Positions 10,601 to 20,630 of a DNA stretch of 64,000 nucleotides are shown here, one piece after another (the first letter of the stretch is position 1; each line of letters opens with the position of its first letter). A program made the translations under genes and the position numbers. The stretch is from a virus. Lineage: Duplodnaviria; Caudoviricetes. Location: positions 1-64,000 of the IMG/VR virus record IMGVR_UViG_3300020469_000008. The stretch is one strand, 5' to 3'. The notes below the pieces were generated by a model that did not search any database, was not told the origin of the DNA, and saw only the letters and a program-made list of their open reading frames with translations.

Positions 10601-12034
10601 AATGCAAGAACAAGGGTCACCCCACCACTACCAGGTGTATCAAATGTAAGTATCGGATTTGTTACTAGTTCTACAGCAAGTGATATTACGACAAATGCCA
10701 TACTTCTTGAAAAGACAAGAATTGGCAGATCTAACGGAATAATTACAAATGACTCGCGCGCCTTGACAAATAATTACAGTGCGTTTAAAAGATCAGATGA
10801 GAAAATAAGAACTGACTTCCCACTTCAGTCAGGTTCGCCTCAAGGTTTTAGATCAAAAACTGTTCTCTTGCCTGAGGCAGACAACATTGATCTGAGGTCA
10901 CCTTATATCATATTTCCTGAAGATGATTTAGTTTTCGGATGGGGCTTTTCTTTGCCAAACTATAATTTAAGCTTCCAATCCTTTCTATTGAGATCTGGTT
11001 ATTCCAACCAATTTAAGTTATTTGGAAATTCTAAGTTAACACTATTTGGTTCTCAGATAAAAGACCTTGAAGAATTTCACGAAGGATTGAATCAAAACTT
11101 AACAACCAATGCTGTGCATGAGGTTATAGGTAGTGAACCTGTAATAGACCAGTATCAGATAGCTACTAGAGGTGAGATGACAGGCAGTATGTCAGATAGA
11201 TTTCCTTATGCGTCGTTTTTCCGACCTGTAGAAACAGGCCCAGCTCAGGTAGCTTATGTAATTGGAAGAATTATTGTTCCTACTAGAAACCTCCCAACAT
11301 TACCAGACGGAGCTTTCAGCTACCAAGCGCTCTGGATTAAAGGTAATTTACCGATTGCCAGAGTGTCAGCAGAATGGAACGTGGCCAACGATAATACTAC
11401 TTTTAGCATAATCGCAGGCACATCCGGGAATGCTGCTCGCGACTTGTTGATCAATGTTTTCGAAGATGTAGTGTACAGTGGCGCGCCAGCCTCAGCGATG
11501 CGTGGCCTCGACAAGCCTGTCGTTGGAAAGATACTGCACCAGATCCAGCCTTTTTCAGCTGCACATGAAATAGGAAGAACATATCAAGACGCAACAATTG
11601 ATAATCTTAGTAAGAATGAAACAGACGGCAGTGCACAGAATTTCGGATACTTTTTATTAGCCAACCCAAATTATGCTGTCCGTCTCGGAGGAAGTCCTAA
11701 GCATTATTTTAATTCAAAGAGGTACGGAATGTTTTCAGACTATGTAAAGCAGGGTCATGATAGTCGTTTTTTACGAATACCCGGGGGTCTTGGAGCCAAT
11801 TTAGCTGCAGCAACAAATGGCCCAGTCAGCATTAGATTTGTTGAACAGACTGTGATAAGTGATGGAACTGAAATAACAGGATCACAACAAAGTAACAAAG
11901 TTTTTAAGCTGATATCAGCGGGTGATGTAAACGGCACAAAAGCTTCAAAATTCCAGAGTTCGAACATAAGTTTGGCAGCGACCTCTTCAATTCCGTTTAA
12001 GGAAGATACTATAAGCAACAGAACTTACGCATAA
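7691..12034 (+). CDS. Large tail/baseplate appendage protein with LamG and reelin-like jelly-roll domains
   Basis: 1447 aa; LamG motif FSISLWF...FAHLVCTYD...LKVYING...FDGNISEVAYF; second beta-sandwich with LAVQVSTTG...WKTI...FYIRFIQ...HWALTNVDI. Confidence 0.6.
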   Translation: MPKKKPDIISLSQYSLLSNFTAADLAGNASSFTFSSSSNLKLWLDITSTISDRSDQSSNISSTEYEHTAPSLPSSNFFTTNLGGNYTFNTAKFDDSENINAKITYSSRTLSPTDGSGNNRSFSISLWFQRNSDHATSSFSVGGLFSLGSASLLEEVQVKINENNGSLTFNIRDTNNGQFFQALCTVATASFHDKFAHLVCTYDHTLGTHVGLKVYINGVDQSATTSAAGTPVVRGDVTTLLIGSIANGSSEFDGNISEVAYFLDKALGASEISAIYNATLYGVAGITTDHNSGILNSPTRLLIRDDDSSSGRYPTIHRMNRFGTDGIKQNIAFDDKHTVRYGTRITDNFDILNIRKKTQRTKAVDEKKWVVSTKDVQLQRENEGALISAFGTTSDDPTAVKNGILMLGGVSDGEGRWVRTKEKVSKPTLIFSLLQGPYNTGADNDFATLRLHQGLPTDTLAVQVSTTGTVGSWKTIPLIKEFISNNASSLLINSSGELVHQPLELIINDVTTSTGVTVGVPGIKLNERRPELKIKIDMHVFSSANYSEPFYIRFIQQSISDTSKIHWALTNVDIISRDQKIRYPFLDETNDVATLFHRSGSIAHPNFPGEIISTGSSISGISDTRSLPFEEQKHVPFKDDQVLVVTPDSFFGPVTSPQIVPGFGSNLLTKTKFEYDLSTTEQTTIGVVTPMPVGNADEFSPPADIPQPMMCYWNDQLKRWETIGSIRPNVKAGFNENSAREVVTSSMVGFSNFGVCARGTGNDTSNDPTLTLFDQNAISAQNRVTDVFGFPFSGRYFASSSQVVKASSLGITKPFLLEALRIDYQAMHGTPLANGFFMTNNDSNANNNAETSISNAINQKVNNFFILRQGKNNYNVRIKVTGSADEFEYSEQIPGFYDLDIDGVAETYVDSVRDLVTYAQNVFVHSNSAGLDRSAGNITFQNMLDALSDRDSVIVLPGESKTNYTGSYSINARTRVTPPLPGVSNVSIGFVTSSTASDITTNAILLEKTRIGRSNGIITNDSRALTNNYSAFKRSDEKIRTDFPLQSGSPQGFRSKTVLLPEADNIDLRSPYIIFPEDDLVFGWGFSLPNYNLSFQSFLLRSGYSNQFKLFGNSKLTLFGSQIKDLEEFHEGLNQNLTTNAVHEVIGSEPVIDQYQIATRGEMTGSMSDRFPYASFFRPVETGPAQVAYVIGRIIVPTRNLPTLPDGAFSYQALWIKGNLPIARVSAEWNVANDNTTFSIIAGTSGNAARDLLINVFEDVVYSGAPASAMRGLDKPVVGKILHQIQPFSAAHEIGRTYQDATIDNLSKNETDGSAQNFGYFLLANPNYAVRLGGSPKHYFNSKRYGMFSDYVKQGHDSRFLRIPGGLGANLAAATNGPVSIRFVEQTVISDGTEITGSQQSNKVFKLISAGDVNGTKASKFQSSNISLAATSSIPFKEDTISNRTYA

Positions 12035-12061
12035 TTTTCTGTAGAGAGATAATTAAAGAAT

Positions 12062-13123
12062 ATGGGTATATTAGATAAGAAAACAAGATTTATAGATTTA
12101 GTTGTCACGCAGGAAGGTAAGCGCCAAATCGCAGCCGGAAAATTACGTGCTGAGTTTGCATCATTGTCAGACTGTAACGCTTTTTATGAAAAAGGTGAGG
12201 AAGATTCTGTTGCAGAAAGATTATACTTTGAAGCTATGGAACGTCCTGAAAATTCGATTGTTTTGGAAAAGGATGACAGTGGCCGCTTATTTACTTTTAA
12301 TTTTTCCCCAACAGGAAGTCTCGTAGGCAACGATATTTTTGTAAAAGACACAGCAACAACGGATGCCTTAAAATTAAAGCCAGCAAGAGGTGCAGACTTT
12401 AAAATTGGAGAGAACTCTGTGCTTGACGCGTCACTTAGACATTTTGTCCAAAATTACTTTATTGGAACAGATGACAATCTTAACAAGAATGAGTTTGAGG
12501 TAGAGCCTAAAGAAATAACATTTTCGATAGAAAATGGGCAACCCTTTGAAGGGTCACCGCTAAGAGAAATTATTAACGTAAATGACGCAGACCCATTTTT
12601 TCTAGATGCAAAACTAGCACATCTATCTAATTTTCAATTTTTACCGCCAAAAAACAGTGATGGGACAAATTACGGTACTTATACTGACATAAGGAGTACT
12701 AGTCGAGAAGAGTGGAATGACATTAAAGTTTTGTTTGGTGAAGAAGCAAATTTACCTGAGGACACAGCTAGTTCTGGAAACGATGGTGACATAACAAAAA
12801 ATCTTGCTGGCGCACCAGGTTACTTAAGTCAAAAGTTGTTACAACAGGGAAAAATACCAAACCCGCCAGGCGTAACCCCGAAACAATTTGAGACTATAAA
12901 TTTCCTTAAAACTTCTACTGATAATAACTTATTAGTACAGATTTATGAAGATTCAATTGGTGCAACGATGACCAAGTTAGACATCGTTGACGCCGGCGTG
13001 TTTACAGATAATAATGATGTTAATAGAAGGTATGAAAAGCGCGTATTTTATGTAGGGAAAGTCATGTATGATGAATTAAATGTACCTACATTCATAAATA
13101 TTTTTACTATTGTAATGGATTAA
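12062..13123 (+). CDS. Baseplate/tail-collar-like structural protein (N-terminus paralogous to 22802..23533)
   Basis: MGILDKKTRFIDLVVTQEGKRQIAAGKLRAEFASLSD aligns by eye with MGFLDHSTNNIIVDAVLTDAGRRALARND. Confidence 0.5.
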   Translation: MGILDKKTRFIDLVVTQEGKRQIAAGKLRAEFASLSDCNAFYEKGEEDSVAERLYFEAMERPENSIVLEKDDSGRLFTFNFSPTGSLVGNDIFVKDTATTDALKLKPARGADFKIGENSVLDASLRHFVQNYFIGTDDNLNKNEFEVEPKEITFSIENGQPFEGSPLREIINVNDADPFFLDAKLAHLSNFQFLPPKNSDGTNYGTYTDIRSTSREEWNDIKVLFGEEANLPEDTASSGNDGDITKNLAGAPGYLSQKLLQQGKIPNPPGVTPKQFETINFLKTSTDNNLLVQIYEDSIGATMTKLDIVDAGVFTDNNDVNRRYEKRVFYVGKVMYDELNVPTFINIFTIVMD

Positions 13124-13127
13124 TCAA

Positions 13128-15887
13128 ATGTATGTAAAAATGACAAAGCAAAATTTTCCGGTGATCGATTTGACACCACAAACTGCTGTAATCGAAAACA
13201 TTCCAAGTATCACACCAAAAGTAATATCATTCAAGGAGACAACAGATCTAAACGGTAATTCTGATATTTTTTTAGAGCTTGAATTATATGCCCCGGTAGA
13301 TGTTAAAAGTTTAGCAAAAAACAAAGAAGATCCTAATTCGCTAACACCTGATAAGATAGAAGTGAGATTATCAGAATATTCAACGTCTTACTTTAGTAAA
13401 AAAGCAACTGAAAAAGCATCTGATAAAATAAGAAATAAGTCTAGATCTAGAAGAAATACAAAAAAAGATTCACGCAGATCTAGTAAACCCACCTTAAGAA
13501 GTGGTACTTTAAAACCAGGCCAGTTACTCGCAGCTGCATCAGCCAGTAGTCAAAGTTCAATCGATTCAAAAAGAAACTTATATAGTGATACAATTTTAGT
13601 TGGTAACATTGACTTAGCAAATGTCACTAAGTCAGTTAAAAAAGAAAAACTTGATATTCAAAAAATCAATGATTCAAAGTACAAAGCTATAGCAAATAAA
13701 AACATAGACTTAGACAACCATGCGTTTTCTCGGATGTACAACACTATGATTGAAATGAACGAAGATCCTGCAAAGATATTTCAGTTAGGATTTAATAAGA
13801 CATCATATAAACATAAAAAAAATGGGATTATAAATTCTACTAACAAAAAAGATGACAGGCATCAAAAAGTCTTAGTGCCAATGTTTGAAAGCATTGAAAG
13901 AAGTATTAAAACAATTTCAAAAAATCAGTACGTGATCAAAACTAAAATGGTCGAAGAGGTTATAACAAATTTAAATACAAAAATCAACATACACCTGTCA
14001 AAATTACAAAATCTTGGAAGTAAATTTTACGTCTTATTGCTGACAAAAAACCATCTTGGTATAAGCTTAGAAACACAAAGTTATGAAGTCATTTTAAGTG
14101 ATATCGAAGATCAACTTGAAGAAAAATCAACCAAGTATAGTATTACACCAGTAAGATTAAACACCGGCGTATCAGTACTGAATATTGGAACAAGTGATGA
14201 AAGGAAAAGCGTTGATCTAAACTTATACGTTAAAAAGCTTAAAGTGAGCAAACCTTTTGACATGTGCTATTATAAAAGTTTTGGAACTGTAACTGTTCCG
14301 CCAAATAAAAAAATTAAAATATTAGACGGTAAACTCGGAGTTAGTACTAGAACACCATCAAACATTAAGAGCAGTGAGAGCGCGTTTTATAGAACAACGC
14401 TTAATTACAAACAAAAAAGTTATTTTAATGCAAAATCTGTAAGTGATAAAAGCAGACACAAAAATGAAATGACGCCTCATTTGACCATTGTTGCAAAAAT
14501 CAGTAAAGAAGACGAAGCTTTCAACATAGAAGTTAGCAGTATATCTGAAAATGTTTTAGCAATCCGACCACGCAAGTGTGAGTTCAAGGGCGATACACGA
14601 GCCACGTCAGCGCTGAAGCCGATTTTTTTCGAAGAAGATGGTAGACCTTTAGAGCGTTTTACCAGCGTTAGCACAACACGTTTTTTAAAATTTAAAGACT
14701 TTGATGTTTACCGCACAAAAAATTATAAATATGTCGTAGAATGTATTATGAAGAATGGAGAGAAAAAGCTTGCTAGCGCTTATTTTATTGAAAAATTTGA
14801 AGAGCGCACGGGAATTTTAAGAATAGATAACTTTGAAACACTTAACGTTGATTATACTCCGGATGTGGGAGGTTCTGATTTAAGTGATACTGATGATATA
14901 AATAGCATAACAAGAAGAATTACCGGTTCTTTTTTAGTGACACAAACTTCAACACAAATGGACGACATATTGAGAAGCATGTTTGGAAACCTGTTTGAAC
15001 TTTTCAAAGATAAACTGAAAACAGTAAGATCAATTACATCTACTGTGAAATCAATTCAAATCGATAGAATCGATCATGCTACTGGAAATATGGTTTCTGT
15101 TGATATCGTAACGCCTGATGAAGGCGGATTATGTAGGTTTGTAGACAGCTCGGCACCAGTTTATTCAGACATTACTTATAAAATAATACCGAGGATGGCA
15201 CCAACGCAAGATCTTATAACTGAAATACAAGAAATATTAGGCTCACTTAGTGCAACAAACATATTCCAAACATCAATATTTAACTTAGCATCTTCCAATG
15301 TTTCACAAGAAGAGAACAGACAAAATATAGTTAGTCGTGTAGGAACAAAGTACTCTAAGCGAAATACTTTTTTAAAAGGATTGATTCCATCACCTAAGTA
15401 CACAGCAAATCGAGAAGGTTTTGATTTATTTGTAGATAACTCCACCGGTGACGTCGCATATTTTGATGTGGGAGGAATAGATATTGTAAATACTAGAAAA
15501 GATATTTCTGTTTTTGGGGCTGAAATCTCATTAATTAACGAAGAACAAGATTTGACGTACCGTACACTTGCAAAACCGTTGCAACAAAAAGGTGCTACGA
15601 AAATAAGAGACATAAAGTCGCGAAAAACCTGTTATTACGATTTATCTTTTGATGTATTAGGCAATGATGCTTTCGTAGATTTTTATTTGTTTTTTATAAA
15701 AGAAAATAATGAAGTTTATATGGACGGAATAATGCATAGTATTGATAGTTATGCACCATCGGTAAGGTATTCTTATCTTGTTACGCATAACGGAAGTTTT
15801 GGTCTTGCTGAATATTATGTCGTTCCATTTTACAAAGATGGGATGTTTAGTTCACCTAAGTTTATAACAGCACAAAAATTGTATTAA
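13128..15887 (+). CDS. Large hypothetical structural protein with possible FN3/Ig-like repeats
   Basis: 919 aa ORF; segments such as FKDFDVYRTKNYKYVVECI and FVDSSAPVYSDITYKII resemble FN3 F-strand patterns. Confidence 0.5.
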   Translation: MYVKMTKQNFPVIDLTPQTAVIENIPSITPKVISFKETTDLNGNSDIFLELELYAPVDVKSLAKNKEDPNSLTPDKIEVRLSEYSTSYFSKKATEKASDKIRNKSRSRRNTKKDSRRSSKPTLRSGTLKPGQLLAAASASSQSSIDSKRNLYSDTILVGNIDLANVTKSVKKEKLDIQKINDSKYKAIANKNIDLDNHAFSRMYNTMIEMNEDPAKIFQLGFNKTSYKHKKNGIINSTNKKDDRHQKVLVPMFESIERSIKTISKNQYVIKTKMVEEVITNLNTKINIHLSKLQNLGSKFYVLLLTKNHLGISLETQSYEVILSDIEDQLEEKSTKYSITPVRLNTGVSVLNIGTSDERKSVDLNLYVKKLKVSKPFDMCYYKSFGTVTVPPNKKIKILDGKLGVSTRTPSNIKSSESAFYRTTLNYKQKSYFNAKSVSDKSRHKNEMTPHLTIVAKISKEDEAFNIEVSSISENVLAIRPRKCEFKGDTRATSALKPIFFEEDGRPLERFTSVSTTRFLKFKDFDVYRTKNYKYVVECIMKNGEKKLASAYFIEKFEERTGILRIDNFETLNVDYTPDVGGSDLSDTDDINSITRRITGSFLVTQTSTQMDDILRSMFGNLFELFKDKLKTVRSITSTVKSIQIDRIDHATGNMVSVDIVTPDEGGLCRFVDSSAPVYSDITYKIIPRMAPTQDLITEIQEILGSLSATNIFQTSIFNLASSNVSQEENRQNIVSRVGTKYSKRNTFLKGLIPSPKYTANREGFDLFVDNSTGDVAYFDVGGIDIVNTRKDISVFGAEISLINEEQDLTYRTLAKPLQQKGATKIRDIKSRKTCYYDLSFDVLGNDAFVDFYLFFIKENNEVYMDGIMHSIDSYAPSVRYSYLVTHNGSFGLAEYYVVPFYKDGMFSSPKFITAQKLY

Positions 15888-15895
15888 GGATAAAA

Positions 15896-18800
15896 ATGGC
15901 ACAAAAACCAGCAAATGTATCAGTTAACACAACACCAACACCAACTCAGCATTTAGCAACAGTCGGTAAATTAATTGAAGTGTTAAGAGACGAAACACAG
16001 ACACAAGGCTCTAGGGCAGCAGAAATAGCGTTTACAAATCCAGACACTTCAGCTCGATATCAAGTTTTGGCAGCAAAGGGATTAAATAATTTAAGATCAG
16101 AATTAATTGCTGTATGTGAATTTTTACCTATTGGTTCGGGCGATACTTCCGAAGACAGTGCACAATTACAATTTACACTAGGTGACAATAATTCGATGAC
16201 TGTAAATAACATCGCAAGAGTCATCGAATTACACAGGCAAATTAGGAGTTACATACTAGAAACAGCAAATCAAATTTTGACTCGAGTATATCCTGATTTA
16301 AGCGATCCAAAATTTTTAAAAGATGTTGAAGCTTTTGTAAAGAATAATTTTGAAAATTTATTAGGCAGTACAATTGACGAAACTGTGACAAATATATTTG
16401 AACGCATACAGCAAACGGGACCTCGCTCAATCCGTGGAGTTGTTACTACAAACCAGAGTAACCCTTTTCTTTTAGCACTTATTGAATACTATATCTACGA
16501 CAACGCGCTTGATCATATCTTTGTTTTTCTTGGAACAACTGCAACCGTTGATAGAACACTCTCGGGTTACTGGGGAATAGATCGTTATAGACAAGTTAAA
16601 ATGTTCAACCCACCTTCATCAATTTTAAATAGTGATATGCTGCAACTTTATTCTAATTTAGGTGATGATTACAGTTCAATATCGAGAATTATTGATACAG
16701 ATGAAAGGATATTCGGCAAGTCTTTGTACGGTTTTAATTTACCGACAAATGCCAGCAATACAGATTCATTTTGTAATGCGATAGGTTCACTAGCAAGCGC
16801 GATGTCTTTTAGAGATTCAACATCTGTTTTAAGGACGTTGCAAAATATGCCTGAAGAAAACTCAAGAGTAGATCCTGGAAAAGTTAGAATTGGTTCTGTA
16901 GGAGATCTTGCAAAGTCAATATCACTATTAAAAAATATTAATTTTGCAGGTATGTTTGCGCAACTGCCAGCCGGTGTAGCACAGGATGAAACAAGTACAT
17001 CACCAAACATAACATATACATCATCCCGGTCTTTATCAGGACCGACGTATACTAATATATTTAACTCTATAAAATCAAACGGTGGTACCACCTCAGTAAA
17101 TGAAAGCAGTGCTGCTAATGAACTTTTGGCAACAGTATTGATAGACATGTACACCTACGATGTTTGCAACATGAATAGTAGGCGCCCAAGCACTGGCGCC
17201 GGCGCTGGTTATAATGAGTATCCTCCCGTAAACATAGCAAATGAAATGCCAACCGTTGGTAATTTCGACATGTCAGCGCTAGATGTTTTCGCCGGTTATA
17301 CGGGGGAAGCTGCAACTCAAACCTACTTGGGGGACGATGATGAAGCGTATCAGGGCGCTCAAGCTGAAGCGATTGATTTTGAGGATCAACAATTAGTCCC
17401 TAGGGGAGGACTCTATTTTGATTTTATAAGAAAAGTACTAGGTTCTCCAGAGACAGCTATTTCATCCCCAAGAGGTCAAATCATCACCGGGAGAGAAACT
17501 TTTAAAAGAGCAGAGATCCCAGGCGTTGATATTAAATTTAATAGTGCTCCAGATGCTAATAATTTAAAAGGATTTGGTGCTTTTGGTGCAGCAGTAGGAG
17601 GACTCAGAGAACAAATCATACCAGAAAACTTCACTAGTGGTCCTAATACAGGAGGTACAACTGGAGGCTTCATAGCACCTCTAGAGTCTTCTTCAAAAGA
17701 ATTGAAAACATCCAATACTACTGGGAATTCAGTTAATTTTCCGCCTGCTACTAAATACTATATCATGGATACAGTTTCACGCCTAGGCGAATTTTCGTCT
17801 GGTGACATTAATTTTGACGAGTTGAAAGATTTTGGAGAAGAGTACAAAGAAACAAGCAATAACTTGCTAAACTGTGTTAGTACATTATTTCCTCACGAAG
17901 AAGTCGTAAATTCACGAGCGATTGGTGATAATCCGACTGTGTTAGCACCTATGGGAGACAACAGCCCTGTCTCAGCCGGTGTAAAGTTATTAAAACGTCT
18001 AGTAGCGGATTTAAACAATATAATTGATAGTCCAACACGTGAGAGTAGGAGCAATTACATACCTCTTTTATCTGTTTTTACCAGAAGAGTGACAGAAGAT
18101 AGTATCGCACACATGTGCTGTCAAGTTTTCTTTGATCAAGTTCTTTTTAACTGCCCGATCCGTGTTAGCCGGCACTACACGGAACTGGACGGTGCCTTTA
18201 ATCTCAACGAGTATATTGGATCAGCTCAAAACTTTGCAAGAATTAGTTTGTATCATAGTGAACGCATGTTTAGAAATTATCTAAAATATAACGTAGGCCT
18301 GAGTTTTAATGTAGGTACGCCAGAAAAGTTTTATTGGAGCGAGTCTGATTTACCAATATATCTCGCATCAGACTCCCAACTATTGAAAAACAATCAGGTT
18401 ACAGGTAAGATTAATAGCAGGAAGGTCATAAGCCACCGTCAAAATGCGTTAAATCCTGAGTCACCAGGTTTTGAAAAACAAAGCTACACTGCCAATCGAG
18501 TTGACAATGCATTTGAGGCAAGTTTTGGAAATAAGGGTGGTATGGATGGACTACAACAAGATTCAGGATTCAGCAAAGAGTTTGGCGCTAATAGTTCTGA
18601 GAGGACAACTGGGTTTAGCAAACTTTTTGATAATTATTTTAGAATGTTATATAAGGGTAATTCCTCCGCAAACGGAGCCACACTAGGTCACACCCCTGAT
18701 GAAGAGGCCAATGCTGGACCTTACATTGGAGAAAGCTCAATAAGTAAACGCGTTTTCGATACCAGTCAAGTGGTATTAAAAGCTGACAGGCACGGATGCC

Positions 18801-20596
18801 TGGGTGGTATTATTGACTATAGTGCTCAGCATAGAATTATTGCGGGCTTTCGTTGGCTACATCAATTAATAACTAGTGTTGTTATGTTTGAAGTTAAAAC
18901 AAAAGACAACAAACTTGAAATTTATTATGACATAGACCAGCTTAGGGGAATTGTTGATGGGTTATTAGAGGCTTCCGGTGAAAGTTTACAATATAGCGGC
19001 AAGTCAAGTGTACCTAGTTACGATGATGCAAGAACAAAAAGTAAAAATAAGGCATCTAGCTTTTTAGAGAGTATAAGAACACACATTCAAACAATAACAG
19101 ACAGGGCGGCTGGTTTCTGCGCACACGCTGATGCTTTAGTTTCTTCAGCTGACAACACAATTAACATTTTAGAGGGTCGAACTTTTGAAGGTGAAGTAGT
19201 AAAAGAAAATGAGTTAGCAGTTAGTGTCTTAAAAGATTTAGGTATTTTCGGTTCATCTATAACTTTAAATAGCAGAGAAACGGTAACACAGTTTGCTGCA
19301 ATGAAAAAACGAGTTTATGATTTAGAACCTGGAAAATTATTCCCAGCAAGCGTAAAATACAATTTAGCCAAGAATAAATTAATGACCAAAGTTTTGTCAC
19401 AGCCTGGTTACGGATTTTTAGCAAATGAAAAGTTTGGTAGGAAATCAATTTTAAATATTGGGCTTCCGAACTCTATGGTTTCGTCACTCCAAAAAATTGC
19501 TTATGATAGAACAGGTGATGTTAACTTTTTAGATTCGCCGTATGTTTGCATCTCAATTTTTAAAAAAGATCACATTAATCCAGAACTTGAGTTTTTACCT
19601 AAAAACTTTATTTTTGATACAAGCGCAAACATATTGGATTATGAAAAACCAGATAAATTAGCATATCACTTAAGAAACATAACAGCAAATATAAGTTTTG
19701 AGAATATTCTAAGAAGTATGCAGATCTTTCGGTACGAGCTTTCTGATCAAGGAGAAGCCTTGACAAACCAAAAAATTGGCTTCCCGGTGGGGATGTTTAA
19801 TAGACAAGTAATGATCAACCACGTTCACGATTATTGTCTAAAAGAGTATATGAAATTAGTTTTAGGTATAGATACTTCAGAGGAAAGCTTTTTGTTGACA
19901 GAGTTGTTAGACTTTACAAAGATAGAATCCACAACGTTCACGTCAGGTGCATCTGGAAATGATTTAGTTGAAAACTTTAAACAAATGTTAGCGCGCATAG
20001 AAAGATTGTATCCAAAAGTTCAGAGTGATGAACAATTAAGAGGTGAAGTGTTTAGATTGACAAGAATGTTAAAACAATCTGCACCCTACTCTTTTGTAAA
20101 TAGATTTAAAAAGGTTATATCACCTAAATCTTTTGATAAGGTTTATTCTATATTTATAAATGAAAATGATTTTGTAATTGACTTAGACTTCGACAATACA
20201 ATCGAGCCAGGCGATCTAGAGGATGTGTATTCAGACGTTTTTGAACAAGAAATAAACATAAATGTAACTTCTAAATTAGAACGCCCGGTAAACTTAAATT
20301 TTAATCCTAGTCAAGTTTTAAACACAATGGGTAATGAAAACTTCGCTGCAGCAATTGCTGACATTTCAAATTATGCTTGGTCAGGTGAAGAAAATGTACC
20401 AGGAGTGTTTCAATACAAAGCCCAAGTTTCATTATTACCTTTAAATTTTCAAATAGACGGAGACATAGCAACTTTAAAAAAGCCGTCCAGACAACCACAA
20501 GTTCAAGTTTCCATTGCCGGAGCAGTTCGTCCGAATGAAAACGTGTTATCAAGCTTATCAGAAGTAGGTCTCGGGTCGGACCTATTTAAAATTTAA
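15896..20596 (+). CDS. Large hypothetical protein
   Basis: 1566 aa uninterrupted ORF with AAGGA SD-like sequence upstream; no motif recognised. Confidence 0.6.
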   Translation: MAQKPANVSVNTTPTPTQHLATVGKLIEVLRDETQTQGSRAAEIAFTNPDTSARYQVLAAKGLNNLRSELIAVCEFLPIGSGDTSEDSAQLQFTLGDNNSMTVNNIARVIELHRQIRSYILETANQILTRVYPDLSDPKFLKDVEAFVKNNFENLLGSTIDETVTNIFERIQQTGPRSIRGVVTTNQSNPFLLALIEYYIYDNALDHIFVFLGTTATVDRTLSGYWGIDRYRQVKMFNPPSSILNSDMLQLYSNLGDDYSSISRIIDTDERIFGKSLYGFNLPTNASNTDSFCNAIGSLASAMSFRDSTSVLRTLQNMPEENSRVDPGKVRIGSVGDLAKSISLLKNINFAGMFAQLPAGVAQDETSTSPNITYTSSRSLSGPTYTNIFNSIKSNGGTTSVNESSAANELLATVLIDMYTYDVCNMNSRRPSTGAGAGYNEYPPVNIANEMPTVGNFDMSALDVFAGYTGEAATQTYLGDDDEAYQGAQAEAIDFEDQQLVPRGGLYFDFIRKVLGSPETAISSPRGQIITGRETFKRAEIPGVDIKFNSAPDANNLKGFGAFGAAVGGLREQIIPENFTSGPNTGGTTGGFIAPLESSSKELKTSNTTGNSVNFPPATKYYIMDTVSRLGEFSSGDINFDELKDFGEEYKETSNNLLNCVSTLFPHEEVVNSRAIGDNPTVLAPMGDNSPVSAGVKLLKRLVADLNNIIDSPTRESRSNYIPLLSVFTRRVTEDSIAHMCCQVFFDQVLFNCPIRVSRHYTELDGAFNLNEYIGSAQNFARISLYHSERMFRNYLKYNVGLSFNVGTPEKFYWSESDLPIYLASDSQLLKNNQVTGKINSRKVISHRQNALNPESPGFEKQSYTANRVDNAFEASFGNKGGMDGLQQDSGFSKEFGANSSERTTGFSKLFDNYFRMLYKGNSSANGATLGHTPDEEANAGPYIGESSISKRVFDTSQVVLKADRHGCLGGIIDYSAQHRIIAGFRWLHQLITSVVMFEVKTKDNKLEIYYDIDQLRGIVDGLLEASGESLQYSGKSSVPSYDDARTKSKNKASSFLESIRTHIQTITDRAAGFCAHADALVSSADNTINILEGRTFEGEVVKENELAVSVLKDLGIFGSSITLNSRETVTQFAAMKKRVYDLEPGKLFPASVKYNLAKNKLMTKVLSQPGYGFLANEKFGRKSILNIGLPNSMVSSLQKIAYDRTGDVNFLDSPYVCISIFKKDHINPELEFLPKNFIFDTSANILDYEKPDKLAYHLRNITANISFENILRSMQIFRYELSDQGEALTNQKIGFPVGMFNRQVMINHVHDYCLKEYMKLVLGIDTSEESFLLTELLDFTKIESTTFTSGASGNDLVENFKQMLARIERLYPKVQSDEQLRGEVFRLTRMLKQSAPYSFVNRFKKVISPKSFDKVYSIFINENDFVIDLDFDNTIEPGDLEDVYSDVFEQEININVTSKLERPVNLNFNPSQVLNTMGNENFAAAIADISNYAWSGEENVPGVFQYKAQVSLLPLNFQIDGDIATLKKPSRQPQVQVSIAGAVRPNENVLSSLSEVGLGSDLFKI

Positions 20597-20630
20597 AATT
20601 CAAGTACTCAATTAAAATAGGAAACTTATT